In this document: positions 30,203 through 39,312 of the stretch, piece by piece
Layout of the letters: each line of letters begins with the position of its first letter
Numbering within the stretch: position 1 is the stretch's first letter
NCBI GenBank assembly: GCA_963851445.1
Contig: CAWKPH010000001.1
Coordinates: 159,943-223,942, forward strand
Length of the DNA stretch: 64,000 nt
Direction: 5' to 3'
Origin: an uncultured bacterium
GTDB taxonomy: Bacteria; Patescibacteriota; Minisyncoccia; Phycocordibacterales; Phycocordibacteraceae
Made by a program: the position numbers and the translations under genes
Notes under the pieces: model-generated
Database searches by the model: none
The model's input: the letters and a program-made list of their open reading frames with translations, nothing else
What the model was told of the DNA's origin: nothing

Positions 30203-30352
30203 TGGAACCATCCATTTAGTGGCAACTTTTTGGTGCCACGTGGGTTTCCGCACCCGGCGCCATTGAAAGTGCCGACAAGCGGGACTTTGCAGGTTCGCGA
30301 GATTTAAGATTCCCGAAATATAAGCAAGTTGCGTTTTAACGAATGGCTCCAG
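30199..30352 (-). ncRNA. ssrS: 6S RNA-like rod with central bubble
   Basis: Minus strand: UGGAGCCAUUC/GGAUGGUUCCA and GCAACUU/AAGUUGC closing stems, central bubble, GGGAAUCU...GGAAACCCACGU resembling the 6S GGGAGCC...GGCACCCACCU motif, apical AAAGU/ACUUU stem; TATACT at 30357-30362; own terminator. Confidence 0.7.
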
Positions 30353-30374
30353 AGACAGTATACAGGGAAAGTAT

Positions 30375-30998
30375 CTAGTCCAAAATCCCGTCTAGATTTA
30401 CGTCATACAGGATTTGCTCATTCATGAGGCGGTAGTCTATGAGTTCGCTTGGTAGAAACCAGTGCTTAATTTCCATGTCGGCTTCCTCCGGTGAACCTGA
30501 AGCGTGAATGATATTACGTATAGCCCGATTATCCATATCTGACATCTGATAAGAGTCGAGTACGTAGTCTCCGCGGATCGTACCGACATCAGAGGTAAGC
30601 GGTTCGGTACCTCCCGTCAATTTGCGCACTATCTTGATAGCATGAGCACCTTGCCACACCATAAACACAACAGGGCCGGCGGTCATGTAGGTCTTTAAGT
30701 TCCTGAGAAGGATTGTGGTGATTTCGAGCGGATCTTCTGACGGAGGAGTGAGGCCTTTTGATTTATATCCAGCGATTGTCTTCTCTCCCGTTACCGTGCG
30801 CCAATTTGGATCAAGTGTATAGTGCTGTTCTACTTTCTCAGCCGTTGGAACTGCAATTTTTATGGCAACAAGCTTGAGCCCAATATTTTCATATCGCTTG
30901 ATGACTTCTCCGATGAGACCGCGCTGAACACCGTCGGGCTTTATCATCACGAGGGTACGCTCAGTGCTTGGGTGTGGTCCGTTTTCTGTGGTAGTCAT
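30375..30998 (-). CDS. ndk: Nucleoside diphosphate kinase
   Basis: ERTLVMIKPDGVQRGLIG, GTIRGD, NIIHAS. Confidence 0.95.
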   Translation of the reverse strand: MTTTENGPHPSTERTLVMIKPDGVQRGLIGEVIKRYENIGLKLVAIKIAVPTAEKVEQHYTLDPNWRTVTGEKTIAGYKSKGLTPPSEDPLEITTILLRNLKTYMTAGPVVFMVWQGAHAIKIVRKLTGGTEPLTSDVGTIRGDYVLDSYQMSDMDNRAIRNIIHASGSPEEADMEIKHWFLPSELIDYRLMNEQILYDVNLDGILD

Positions 30999-31067
30999 AA
31001 TGCTTTTTAAGTAAAAAATCGCCTCAGGCGCTAATAAGTTGAGTATAAAGGAAAACTCTCGTAATAG

Positions 31068-31841
31068 CTATTCATGGGGACGGCGTGTCAAAACAATGGT
31101 TCCCTTTTCCTCAACGAGGATGGTGTGTTCGAAATGCGCGGAGAGCGAACCATCGCGCGTACGAAATGTATATCCATCGGTGCTGAGTACGACGGAGGCT
31201 TTGCCAAGATTTGCAATCGGTTCAATCGCAAGCATCATACCTGGCACAATCTCAGGACCCGTTCCTGCGTGCCCGGTGTTTGGTATAAATGGTTCTTCAT
31301 GCACCTCACGCCCAACACCATGTCCACCTAGTACCCTGACAACGGCAAATTTTGTTCCCTTGAATGCTTCGCCTGTTGCATGCGAGATGTCGCCGATACG
31401 ATTGCCAACCTTTGCTGCCTTGATTGCTGCCTCAAGAGCTGCCTGCGTCGTCTCCATAAGTTTTCTGACCTCACCTGAAACTTTCCCAATCGCAATGGTG
31501 AGGGCTGAATCCATAATGAAACCTTTATGCATGAGGCCAAGATCAAGCGATACGATATCACCTTCTTTTAGGATACGCGATTCACTCGGAATACCGTGCA
31601 CAACTTCGTCGTTCACGGACACACACAGGCTTGCAGGATAGGCCTTTGAGGCACCATCGATCTTGTATCCCTTGAATGGAGGTGTGTCGCCCCCCTCACG
31701 AATGAGTTTCTCGGCAAGTCGGTCGAGTTCTGCAGTCGATACGCCTGCGTGTGCCGACTGTGCTACTTTTTCGAGAATGATGCCAAATCGTCTTCCTGCT
31801 TCGATAGCGTCAGCTCGCTCTTCTTTCGTTCGAACGATCAT
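31068..31841 (-). CDS. map: Methionine aminopeptidase type I
   Basis: CVSVNDEVVHGIP, DLG...DSA, GHGVG..VHEEP, AIEP, SAHFEHT. Confidence 0.96.
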   Translation of the reverse strand: MIVRTKEERADAIEAGRRFGIILEKVAQSAHAGVSTAELDRLAEKLIREGGDTPPFKGYKIDGASKAYPASLCVSVNDEVVHGIPSESRILKEGDIVSLDLGLMHKGFIMDSALTIAIGKVSGEVRKLMETTQAALEAAIKAAKVGNRIGDISHATGEAFKGTKFAVVRVLGGHGVGREVHEEPFIPNTGHAGTGPEIVPGMMLAIEPIANLGKASVVLSTDGYTFRTRDGSLSAHFEHTILVEEKGTIVLTRRPHE

Positions 31842-31843
31842 AC

Positions 31844-32425
31844 TTAGATGCTGAGAGCTTCCTTTATATCGCTCGCTACCTTTTCTGGTGTTTGTTCCCC
31901 ATTTATTTCTACAAGTACGTTCTGCTCTTTGAAGAGGGTGAGTGCGGGTATTGTCTTCTCCGAGAACTCCGCAAAGCGTGCACGAATTTTTGCTTCTACG
32001 TCACTGTCAGGACGATCTTCTTTTTTCCCCCGTTCAAGTTGGCGACGAAGCGCTTCGTCTTCAGAAACTGCAAGATGCATGACCTTGAAGTCGCGCCCAA
32101 GCCACGAGAAAAGTTCAAGCAAATGGTGTGCTTGATTCTCGGTGCGTCCGAATCCCTCAATGACGATTCCCTGATTTGAATCCATATTCAAAAGCACATC
32201 TTCAACAAGATAATCGGCGAACCAATCGGGCATGAATTTACCAATGTCATACACCGCACGAACGCGCTCGGCAAGAGGTCCTGCGCCGTCACGTATTTCC
32301 TTAAATCTATCTCCCGAGGAAAGTCGCTTCCATCCAAGTGTCTGGGCTAGCATCTTTGTCTGTGTTCCTTTTCCTGATCCCGGTCTTCCAATCAAAAGCA
32401 CTGCCGTAGCGGTTGCGTGTTCCAT
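31844..32425 (-). CDS. adk: Adenylate kinase
   Basis: GRPGSGKGTQ, SSGD, EGFGR, RPD; located between secY and map. Confidence 0.85.
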   Translation of the reverse strand: MEHATATAVLLIGRPGSGKGTQTKMLAQTLGWKRLSSGDRFKEIRDGAGPLAERVRAVYDIGKFMPDWFADYLVEDVLLNMDSNQGIVIEGFGRTENQAHHLLELFSWLGRDFKVMHLAVSEDEALRRQLERGKKEDRPDSDVEAKIRARFAEFSEKTIPALTLFKEQNVLVEINGEQTPEKVASDIKEALSI

Positions 32426-32475
32426 GAATATCGTTATGATTCGTTAATAGTAGCAAAAATCTATTTATTCGCACA

Positions 32476-33033
32476 ATGAAGTCATCCATCATAACGATTG
32501 CCGGATCTCTCGGGAGCGGGAAATCAAGTACTGCCAAACAAGTCGCTGATTCTCTCGGATACCGGCACTTCTCCTCAGGTGACTTATTCAGAGCCATCGC
32601 CGCAGAACGCGGTCTTACGGTCCTTGAGATCAACCAGCAGGCGGAACTCGAGCACGAGATTGATCATATAGTCGATGAGCGTCTACGGAATATGGCTTCC
32701 GAAAATGATTTAGTTATTGACTCGCGCATGGCTTTTCATTGGATGCCTAATTCATTCAAGATATATCTCTCCCTCGAGCCAGAAATTGCTGCACAGCGTA
32801 TCTATTCACAAATGCAAAGTGGAGGTCGCGTGAGTGAACATTCACAATCGGTAGAAGAAGTGCTACAAAGCATTGCTGAGCGACGCGTGAGCGAACAGAA
32901 ACGCTACAAGAATCTCTACGACATCGATGTCCTTGATATGACACCCTTCGATCTTGTTATCGATACGGCAAAGAATTCACTCGATGAAGTTGTCGCGTTA
33001 GTCCTGGCTGCCTATACTAAGCATCAAGATTAA
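32476..33033 (+). CDS. cmk: Cytidylate kinase, archaeal-type short form
   Basis: ITIAGSLGSGKSS, SSGDLFRAIA, IDSRMA, SEQKRYKNLYDID, FDLVIDT. Confidence 0.85.
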   Translation: MKSSIITIAGSLGSGKSSTAKQVADSLGYRHFSSGDLFRAIAAERGLTVLEINQQAELEHEIDHIVDERLRNMASENDLVIDSRMAFHWMPNSFKIYLSLEPEIAAQRIYSQMQSGGRVSEHSQSVEEVLQSIAERRVSEQKRYKNLYDIDVLDMTPFDLVIDTAKNSLDEVVALVLAAYTKHQD

Positions 33034-34307
33034 TACTCGCGTAGTGATGCTTGCGCATCAACTTTACGCACGAGATCGAGTACCACCTGGACCGCAATGA
33101 GAAGCGCGGTACCTCCCACAAGGATAGTCGTAATACCGGTGATGCCTTGAACGATAAATGGAATGACCGCAACAAAGCCCAGGAATACTGCACCTGGAAG
33201 CGTGATGCGATTCACAATGGTGCTGATGTACTTTTCAGTCTCACGACCAGGACGAACGCCAGGAACGAATGCACCTGATTTCTGAAGATCATCGGTCATA
33301 CGCTTTGGATCAAAGACGATGGCGGTATAGAAGTAGGTGAAGACAACCACGAGGATGAAGTACACGATGCCATACTCCCAGAGGTTTGCAGAGAATGCGG
33401 TATACCACGCGGTTGCAGCAGCAAGACCTTTCACACCGACCGCAGCCAGACCTGCGAGCGCTATCTGCGGCAAAAGAAGAAGTGAGAGCGCAAACACAAT
33501 TGGAATCACACCTGTTTGAAGGATGCGTATCGGAAGGTACGTTGCAGCGCCCTGCTGCATGGCGGCACCACGTATAGCCCGTGCGTATGCAATCGGAATA
33601 GAACGTTCCGCATCAGAAACAGCAACCACCGCGTAAATAACGACGAGTGCAAGTACGAAAAAACCAAGATAAGCCGGAATCTGGGCAGTTGTTGCGGTAT
33701 AGATTGTTTGTGAAATTCCTGCAGGGATGCGCGCAACAATACCGAAGAAGATAATGAGCGAAACACCGTTTCCAATACCAAACTCAGTGATGAGTTCACC
33801 AAGCCACATAAGGAGGATCGAGCCGCCCATTACGAGAAATACGTTCGATGCAAATGCGAGCGGTGAAAGCGGACCAATGATGATGCCTTGATTCTCAAGC
33901 AGCGAAAGGAACGCAACACCTTGGAGAATCGCAATCGGAATAGTAAGAAGACGACTCCACATGATAAATTTTGTGCGACCTGCCTCTCCTTCCTCTGTTT
34001 GCATGTACTTGATTTGCGGGAAGACGAATGATGCGAGCTGCATCATAATCGATGCGGTAATGTAGGGGCCGACGCCGAGCATCACGATTGAAAGTCGCGA
34101 GAAGCCACCGCCCGAAAAGACGTTTAGCAGTCCAAGGAACTGATTATTTTGGAAGAACTGCTCGAGACGACCGCGGTCAACACCTGGAATAGGAATTGCA
34201 GCGAGGAAGCGGAATACAACAACAGCGCCTACGACAAAGAGTATGCGGTTACGAATAGCTGCATCCCCGAAGATGACCCGGAGCTTATGTATAGCGTTTT
34301 GGATCAT
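33030..34307 (-). CDS. secY: Preprotein translocase SecY
   Basis: IPIPG, LGVGPYITASI, WLGELITEFGIGNGVSL, PGVRPG, GGTALLI. Confidence 0.97.
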   Translation of the reverse strand: MIQNAIHKLRVIFGDAAIRNRILFVVGAVVVFRFLAAIPIPGVDRGRLEQFFQNNQFLGLLNVFSGGGFSRLSIVMLGVGPYITASIMMQLASFVFPQIKYMQTEEGEAGRTKFIMWSRLLTIPIAILQGVAFLSLLENQGIIIGPLSPLAFASNVFLVMGGSILLMWLGELITEFGIGNGVSLIIFFGIVARIPAGISQTIYTATTAQIPAYLGFFVLALVVIYAVVAVSDAERSIPIAYARAIRGAAMQQGAATYLPIRILQTGVIPIVFALSLLLLPQIALAGLAAVGVKGLAAATAWYTAFSANLWEYGIVYFILVVVFTYFYTAIVFDPKRMTDDLQKSGAFVPGVRPGRETEKYISTIVNRITLPGAVFLGFVAVIPFIVQGITGITTILVGGTALLIAVQVVLDLVRKVDAQASLREY

Positions 34308-34310
34308 AGC

Positions 34311-34757
34311 TTAGACAAGCGAACCGCCGGCCGACTCGATGGCGCTTTTAGCGGACGCTGATGCTGGGATTCCTGAAATTGAGAGTGCCTTGGTGAGCGT
34401 ACCCGTGCCAAGAATTTTGGCATGAGCGACTTTGCCACCACGCATGGATATAAGTCCCTTACGGTAAAGCTCTGCGATCGTCACGGTGTCCCCTGCAGAA
34501 AAGGTAGCCTCAAGGACGCTAATGTTTACCGGCGAGTAGCTCTCGGCTACGCGAACGGTGCGGGAACGATTCTTGCCATGACCTCGAAGTTTCGGGATCT
34601 TCTTGATGATGTCGCGCATCTCGGGACGATTCTTGTGTCCTGCACGTGCGTTCTGTCCCTTGGTACCACGACCTGAAGTTTTGCCGCGCTTGCCACCACG
34701 ACCAACGCGCATAGAGGTGACGCGAGTATGGGCTGCTTTTAGGGTGTTTGATTGCAT
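34311..34757 (-). CDS. rplO: 50S ribosomal protein L15
   Basis: RVGRGGKRGKTSGRGTKGQNARAG. Confidence 0.96.
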   Translation of the reverse strand: MQSNTLKAAHTRVTSMRVGRGGKRGKTSGRGTKGQNARAGHKNRPEMRDIIKKIPKLRGHGKNRSRTVRVAESYSPVNISVLEATFSAGDTVTIAELYRKGLISMRGGKVAHAKILGTGTLTKALSISGIPASASAKSAIESAGGSLV

Positions 34758-34778
34758 ATATGTAAATCTAACAGAAAA

Positions 34779-35426
34779 CTACGCTGATTTCAGCTGCTTG
34801 AGGGCTTCGACCGTTGCGCGAGCAATAGTGAGCTTATTCTTTGAACGGGAAAGAATCTTCGTGACGACGTTTGTGACACCGCCGTACTCAAGAACGATGC
34901 GCATGGCGCTACCGGACACAAGACCGCGACCAGGTGAAGGAATTATTGAAACAGTCGATGATGCATACTTGGCACTAACGTCGTGTGCGATAGATCCTTC
35001 TTTTGTAAGAGGAATCGTGATCAAATTCTTTTTTGCAGCGCGAACCGCTTTGTCGATCGCGAGCGCAGTATCGTTTCCCTTTCCAATACCAACACCTACG
35101 CGACCCTTACGATCACCAATGACAACGGTGACGCTGAATGAAAAGCGGCGACCGCCAGCCATGACGCGCGCAACACGACGTACGTCTATGGTAACTTGAT
35201 CGAATTCGCTGCGCTCGCGAGGAGCACGATCGCGACCGCGACCGCCGCCACGTGCGCCCCGCCCTGCATCGCGACGCTGACGGATGGCCGTCGGCGCCTC
35301 AGTAGGAGCTGCCTCGAGAACTACCTCCTCTTCAACGGGCGTGCCCTCAGGCATTACAAGCCCTTCCGCTTCTTCGTTCTCTTGCACTGTCTCTGCTTCA
35401 TCCATAAGAGTTGTAGCTTCGGCCAT
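34779..35426 (-). CDS. rpsE: 30S ribosomal protein S5 with acidic N-terminal extension
   Basis: RRVARVMAGGRRFSF, VGVGIGK. Confidence 0.96.
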   Translation of the reverse strand: MAEATTLMDEAETVQENEEAEGLVMPEGTPVEEEVVLEAAPTEAPTAIRQRRDAGRGARGGGRGRDRAPRERSEFDQVTIDVRRVARVMAGGRRFSFSVTVVIGDRKGRVGVGIGKGNDTALAIDKAVRAAKKNLITIPLTKEGSIAHDVSAKYASSTVSIIPSPGRGLVSGSAMRIVLEYGGVTNVVTKILSRSKNKLTIARATVEALKQLKSA

Positions 35427-35432
35427 AAATCA

Positions 35433-35795
35433 TTAAAAAGCAAGGCCGCCTTCGCGTGCTGCTTCCGCGAGTGACTTTACTTGGCCGGTGTACGTATAGC
35501 CTGAGCGATCAAATACAATGGTCGTGATCCCTGCAGCCTTTGCCTTCTTCGCAATCTCAGCACCAACTGCCTTTGCCTGTGCTGAGGCTGGTCCTTTCAC
35601 GCTGCGACCATGGGCTGCGGCGATAGTGTGACCTTTTGTATCATCAATGAGCTGCGCCGAGACGAAACGGTTTGAACGGAAAATGGTAAGGCGGGGGCGC
35701 TCTGTTGTTCCAGAAATCTTCGAACGGACGCGCACGTGACGACGGTCGCGAAGTTCCTTTTTGGTACTGAGTTTTGTTGTTGGTAGTTGTGGCAT
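35433..35795 (-). CDS. rplR: 50S ribosomal protein L18
   Basis: RPRLTIFRSN, VFDRSGY, AREGGL. Confidence 0.96.
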   Translation of the reverse strand: MPQLPTTKLSTKKELRDRRHVRVRSKISGTTERPRLTIFRSNRFVSAQLIDDTKGHTIAAAHGRSVKGPASAQAKAVGAEIAKKAKAAGITTIVFDRSGYTYTGQVKSLAEAAREGGLAF

Positions 35796-35804
35796 ATGAA
35801 AAGG

Positions 35805-36341
35805 TTATGCAGCTTTCTTACCCTGCTTACGGCGAATGACCTCTCCCTCATACGCAATACCCTTACCTAGATATGGCTCTGGACGTTTTACATCTCGTAC
35901 CTCAGCCGCAAATTGTCCGACGTGTTCTTTATCAGCGCCTTCAATAGTAATTGTGTTCTTGTTGACGGTTGTGGTGAGTCCTTCAGGAACCTTGAGTATG
36001 ACGGGGTGCGAGAAACCAACAGTGAGCACAAGATCGGTACCACGTAGTTCGACGCGATAGCCAACACCCGTAAGAATAAGCACCTTCTTGAATGGCGTTT
36101 CAACACCCTGCATCATTGATTTAAGGTGGGCGGCAAATGTTCCCGTGAGTGCGTTGGCGAGTCGGCTCGTATCCTTTGCGGCGATAACCACACCTTCGGG
36201 TGTTACCTCCATCGAAATTGAAGAATGGTAGTTCTTTGAAAGTGTTTCCTTAGGACCTTTAACGGTAAGGGTACCGTTATCGGTCGTCACCTGGACCTTT
36301 GGCGGTACGGGAATCGGTTTTTTTGCGAGGCGAGATGGCAT
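35805..36341 (-). CDS. rplF: 50S ribosomal protein L6
   Basis: SRLAKKPI, GVGYR, GFSHP, PEPYLGKGI. Confidence 0.96.
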   Translation of the reverse strand: MPSRLAKKPIPVPPKVQVTTDNGTLTVKGPKETLSKNYHSSISMEVTPEGVVIAAKDTSRLANALTGTFAAHLKSMMQGVETPFKKVLILTGVGYRVELRGTDLVLTVGFSHPVILKVPEGLTTTVNKNTITIEGADKEHVGQFAAEVRDVKRPEPYLGKGIAYEGEVIRRKQGKKAA

Positions 36342-36371
36342 ACGAAAATAAGTAGGATGGAGCAAATGCTG

Positions 36372-36764
36372 TTACCAGACTTCAAAAAGTGTTTCGCCTC
36401 CTGCACGAACCTTGCGTGCTTCTTTATCAGAAAGAATTCCTTTTGGCGTTGAAAGAATACGAGAGCCTTGTCCGTTTTTTACGGTGTGTGCATCACGAGC
36501 TCCTACATAGAGCCTACGACCTGGTTTCGAAATTCTCTTCACATCATGAATCTTGTGCTTACCATTTGCGTCATATGAAAGAGTTACCTCCATGACGTGC
36601 GCATCCTTTTTTGACATGGCAACATTTTCGACAAATCCAAGCTCCTTGAGTTTATTTGCAATAGCTTCAATATGCTTGGAATAAGGAACAACCACGGTCT
36701 GGTTACCGATTGCGCCTGCATTTTTAAGGCGAATTATGAAATCTCCAACGCGATCAGTTACCAT
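36372..36764 (-). CDS. rpsH: 30S ribosomal protein S8
   Basis: DRVGDFIIRLKNA, RISKPGRRLY, STPKG. Confidence 0.96.
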   Translation of the reverse strand: MVTDRVGDFIIRLKNAGAIGNQTVVVPYSKHIEAIANKLKELGFVENVAMSKKDAHVMEVTLSYDANGKHKIHDVKRISKPGRRLYVGARDAHTVKNGQGSRILSTPKGILSDKEARKVRAGGETLFEVW

Positions 36765-36768
36765 ACAA

Positions 36769-37038
36769 TTACCAGGAAGCCTTCTTTACCCCAGGGACTT
36801 TTCCTTCACGTGCAAGCTCACGAAATACGATACGCGAAACGCCAAAAGCCCTGAGGTATGCACGACTACGACCAGAAACGGCACAGCGATTTTTGATGCG
36901 AGATGGCGAGGAGTTGCGGGGAAGCTTTTGTAGACCCTCATAGTCTCCGGCAGCTTTAAGAGCCGCGCGCTTAACCGCGTATTTTTCGGAGAGTTTTATC
37001 TTCTTGCGATTGCGCGCAAGTTGTGAGGTTTTAGCCAT
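36769..37038 (-). CDS. rpsN: 30S ribosomal protein S14, 89-aa zinc-independent (C-) type
   Basis: [35 protein letters not shown]; only one Cys. Confidence 0.95.
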   Translation of the reverse strand: MAKTSQLARNRKKIKLSEKYAVKRAALKAAGDYEGLQKLPRNSSPSRIKNRCAVSGRSRAYLRAFGVSRIVFRELAREGKVPGVKKASW

Positions 37039-37068
37039 ACTAAAAAGCGCTCCGAAGAGCTTGCCTCT

Positions 37069-37097
37069 ACCATATCAGGTAAGAAATACGCTGTCAA
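37069..37097 (-). promoter_or_regulatory. sigma70-type promoter for rpsN-secY
   Basis: TTGACA-N17-TATGGT followed by a GCTC-TTCG-GAGC leader hairpin. Confidence 0.7.
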
Positions 37098-37119
37098 ACA
37101 AAAGAAAAGGCGCTACCGG

Positions 37120-37680
37120 CTATTGCCAGTGGCGCCTGAAAAAGGAATCCCAGAGAGAGAGGGCTTGGGGGCTCACGACGAGAGCGAATACGCAGCCCTT
37201 ACTCCAGTATCCGAGTGCAAGATGTCCCGTGCTATTGCCAATGACTGGGTGGTACTTGATTTTGCCAGTCTTCACGCGTAAGTAGGACGTTTTGAGGGCG
37301 CAAATTCCGGGCCGATCCGCAGCTTGTTGGAATTGTCCTGCAAATGAGAGGAGTTCCTTCTCATCAGCAGGCCTCCATGTCCTGTAAACCGAAGCGCCCA
37401 TGCTGACAGGATCCATCATTGGCAGAAGCGCGACGCGGATCACTGCGCTGCCCGTTTTACGAGGCAGCTCTTCGTAGTCTCCCGGAATATAGTCTGGATC
37501 CATTGCCACGTTGGGGGCAATCTCGTGACCTGACTTACTGTAATCCACGAGAACCAGGTACTCGTGGGGACTATGTCGCCGGTCACGACGATAGGACTGA
37601 TGTTCACATCTTGTCAGCTCGAGGAGTGGGGCCACTATCACAAAAACTAGCAAGATCGAGGCGAGAATTCGATTTCTCAT
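37120..37680 (-). CDS. Orphan hypothetical protein with N-terminal TM/signal
   Basis: 186-aa ORF with purine-rich GGAAGGG before ATG and TTGACA elements upstream; VDY...RPA...ELL...ICAL pattern. Confidence 0.65.
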   Translation of the reverse strand: MRNRILASILLVFVIVAPLLELTRCEHQSYRRDRRHSPHEYLVLVDYSKSGHEIAPNVAMDPDYIPGDYEELPRKTGSAVIRVALLPMMDPVSMGASVYRTWRPADEKELLSFAGQFQQAADRPGICALKTSYLRVKTGKIKYHPVIGNSTGHLALGYWSKGCVFALVVSPQALSLWDSFFRRHWQ

Positions 37681-37850
37681 TATTTGCCCTTCCCTATAGG
37701 GGTTTTGTTCGTTCTAAACGCATAATACTGTCAATTCTAAAATTGTCAAAATAGCTTTCCGCCCAATTCTCCGCGTGATAGAAGACGTTAGAACCTATTT
37801 ATGAAAATAAATCGAAGCACGTATAAGACTGATTGTCTGGATTAGTTGAT

Positions 37851-38405
37851 CTAACGATTTTTCCCTCTAAAGAATGAAGTAGGGAAGAATCTAACAATTG
37901 GAGCAACAAGAGCTGCTGCATCACGTTTCGCATGTCCTTCATGATCTTTGTGCACGATCGGATTCTTTTCATGCGCCAGTTCCTCAACTGTTGTATGTGC
38001 AGCTGCTTCATAGTCTAAAAGGGCCTTTTTTGCTCTTTCCCATTCAGCCACTGCTGATTGATATTTTCCATTTCCGGCTCTAAGTGGACTATCCAGAATA
38101 CTTGTGTCCCCCCCAACTCTAAGCCCTTGTTGCAGTTCCAATGCTCTTCGAGCATCCTCTTCTACTTTGACGAGCATTTCATGCGTTTCAAGAGTTCGCT
38201 CGGCAGATGCATCTTTCAATCTGGTTAAAATAGTTTCGGCAGCTGCGCGATCCTCCGCGGCTATAGATTTTGCTTCGAAGTCGAGTAGGCCAAGTTTCTT
38301 TATTTTTTCTTCTTCAGCGGCTATACCTGCGCTCTCTGAAGACTGATTAGCCTGTTCGCTGGAATTACCTTCTGCTGATTTTTTTGTAGGGTCTTCGAGT
38401 GACAT
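37851..38405 (-). CDS. Hypothetical charged coiled-coil protein
   Basis: 184-aa E/A/K-rich ORF. Confidence 0.65.
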   Translation of the reverse strand: MSLEDPTKKSAEGNSSEQANQSSESAGIAAEEEKIKKLGLLDFEAKSIAAEDRAAAETILTRLKDASAERTLETHEMLVKVEEDARRALELQQGLRVGGDTSILDSPLRAGNGKYQSAVAEWERAKKALLDYEAAAHTTVEELAHEKNPIVHKDHEGHAKRDAAALVAPIVRFFPTSFFRGKNR

Positions 38406-38538
38406 AAATAAATTTTAGTCTCGGATTTCGCTAATAGATATGGCATTCTTCACATCCCTAATCCTACCATGCAAGGCATTAGAATTAGAAAAGGTAGAGC
38501 AAAGGACAAGTTCGGAGCACTTTTAAATCGTCCTGTGA

Positions 38539-38790
38539 TAACGGGCTCCGTCTCGTGTATGAGGTTAGGATCTGCTTTGTATGAAACAGCGTGGGGCCGG
38601 CACACGCTTGGTGTACCGGCCCCAGAGATGAGATGACCCCTAGGTCAAGTCCAGGACGCCGCGGCGTCCATGAAAATCAACTTCGGCTACAAAGCAGGCT
38701 GTGCACTAAGTCCTATTCCTATCGGACCCGGATTTTGACCTCGAAAAGTCTAATCCACCTGTTCTGCTCTCACCTCTAAGGAACCCGCTA
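38539..38790 (-). ncRNA. Candidate novel structured RNA (~250 nt)
   Basis: Promoter TTGACC-N18-TACACT (38797-38826); 11-bp terminal stem, 10-bp perfect internal stem and five hairpins; G-U pairs favour the minus strand; no credible ORF. Confidence 0.65.
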
Positions 38791-38918
38791 AAGACAAGTG
38801 TATCAGATTCTTAAGCGTATGGTCAAATTTTCTTCCCAATGTCGTCTCCGACATTCTGGGGGTATAAAAGAAGCCTTCGATCACTTGGACCAAAGACTTC
38901 AACAATTCTTACTGGGAG

Positions 38919-39176
38919 TTACCCCGCGACTACGCTAAGAAAACCTGTTTGTGTAGGCAGTGGCAGATCGCGCATAAAGCTTAAGGCTTTGGGCAATCTT
39001 TCGATTATGCCGCTGCTAACCCTCAAACTTACCGAGGTATTAATAATATTTCTCGCAACTTTCGTCGCCTCAATATCATCTTCAGCAGAAAAACCGTGAG
39101 TGGTTTCGTCCCAGAAAACATCATCACCCTTACCGGACAGATAAGGTGCTCGATACACCAAACGATAACGCCCCAT
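38919..39176 (-). CDS. Orphan hypothetical protein (85 aa)
   Basis: GGGGG before ATG; F.AEDDIEA..VAR motif. Confidence 0.6.
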   Translation of the reverse strand: MGRYRLVYRAPYLSGKGDDVFWDETTHGFSAEDDIEATKVARNIINTSVSLRVSSGIIERLPKALSFMRDLPLPTQTGFLSVVAG

Positions 39177-39312
39177 ACTAAAGCCCCCCAATTTATTTAT
39201 GCTAGAGCCCTCTCCCTAGACACTTCTATTAACACGATAGTCTTATTTATCAAGTCGGTCAATGTTCAATAAATACAAACGCGTTCGTAGAGTACGTTGT
39301 AGAGAATTTGTT

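Noticed and set aside
38591-38779. 62-aa plus-strand ORF
   Set aside because: GTG start without initiation signals; antisense to a promoter-bearing structured RNA whose G-U pairs favour the minus strand.
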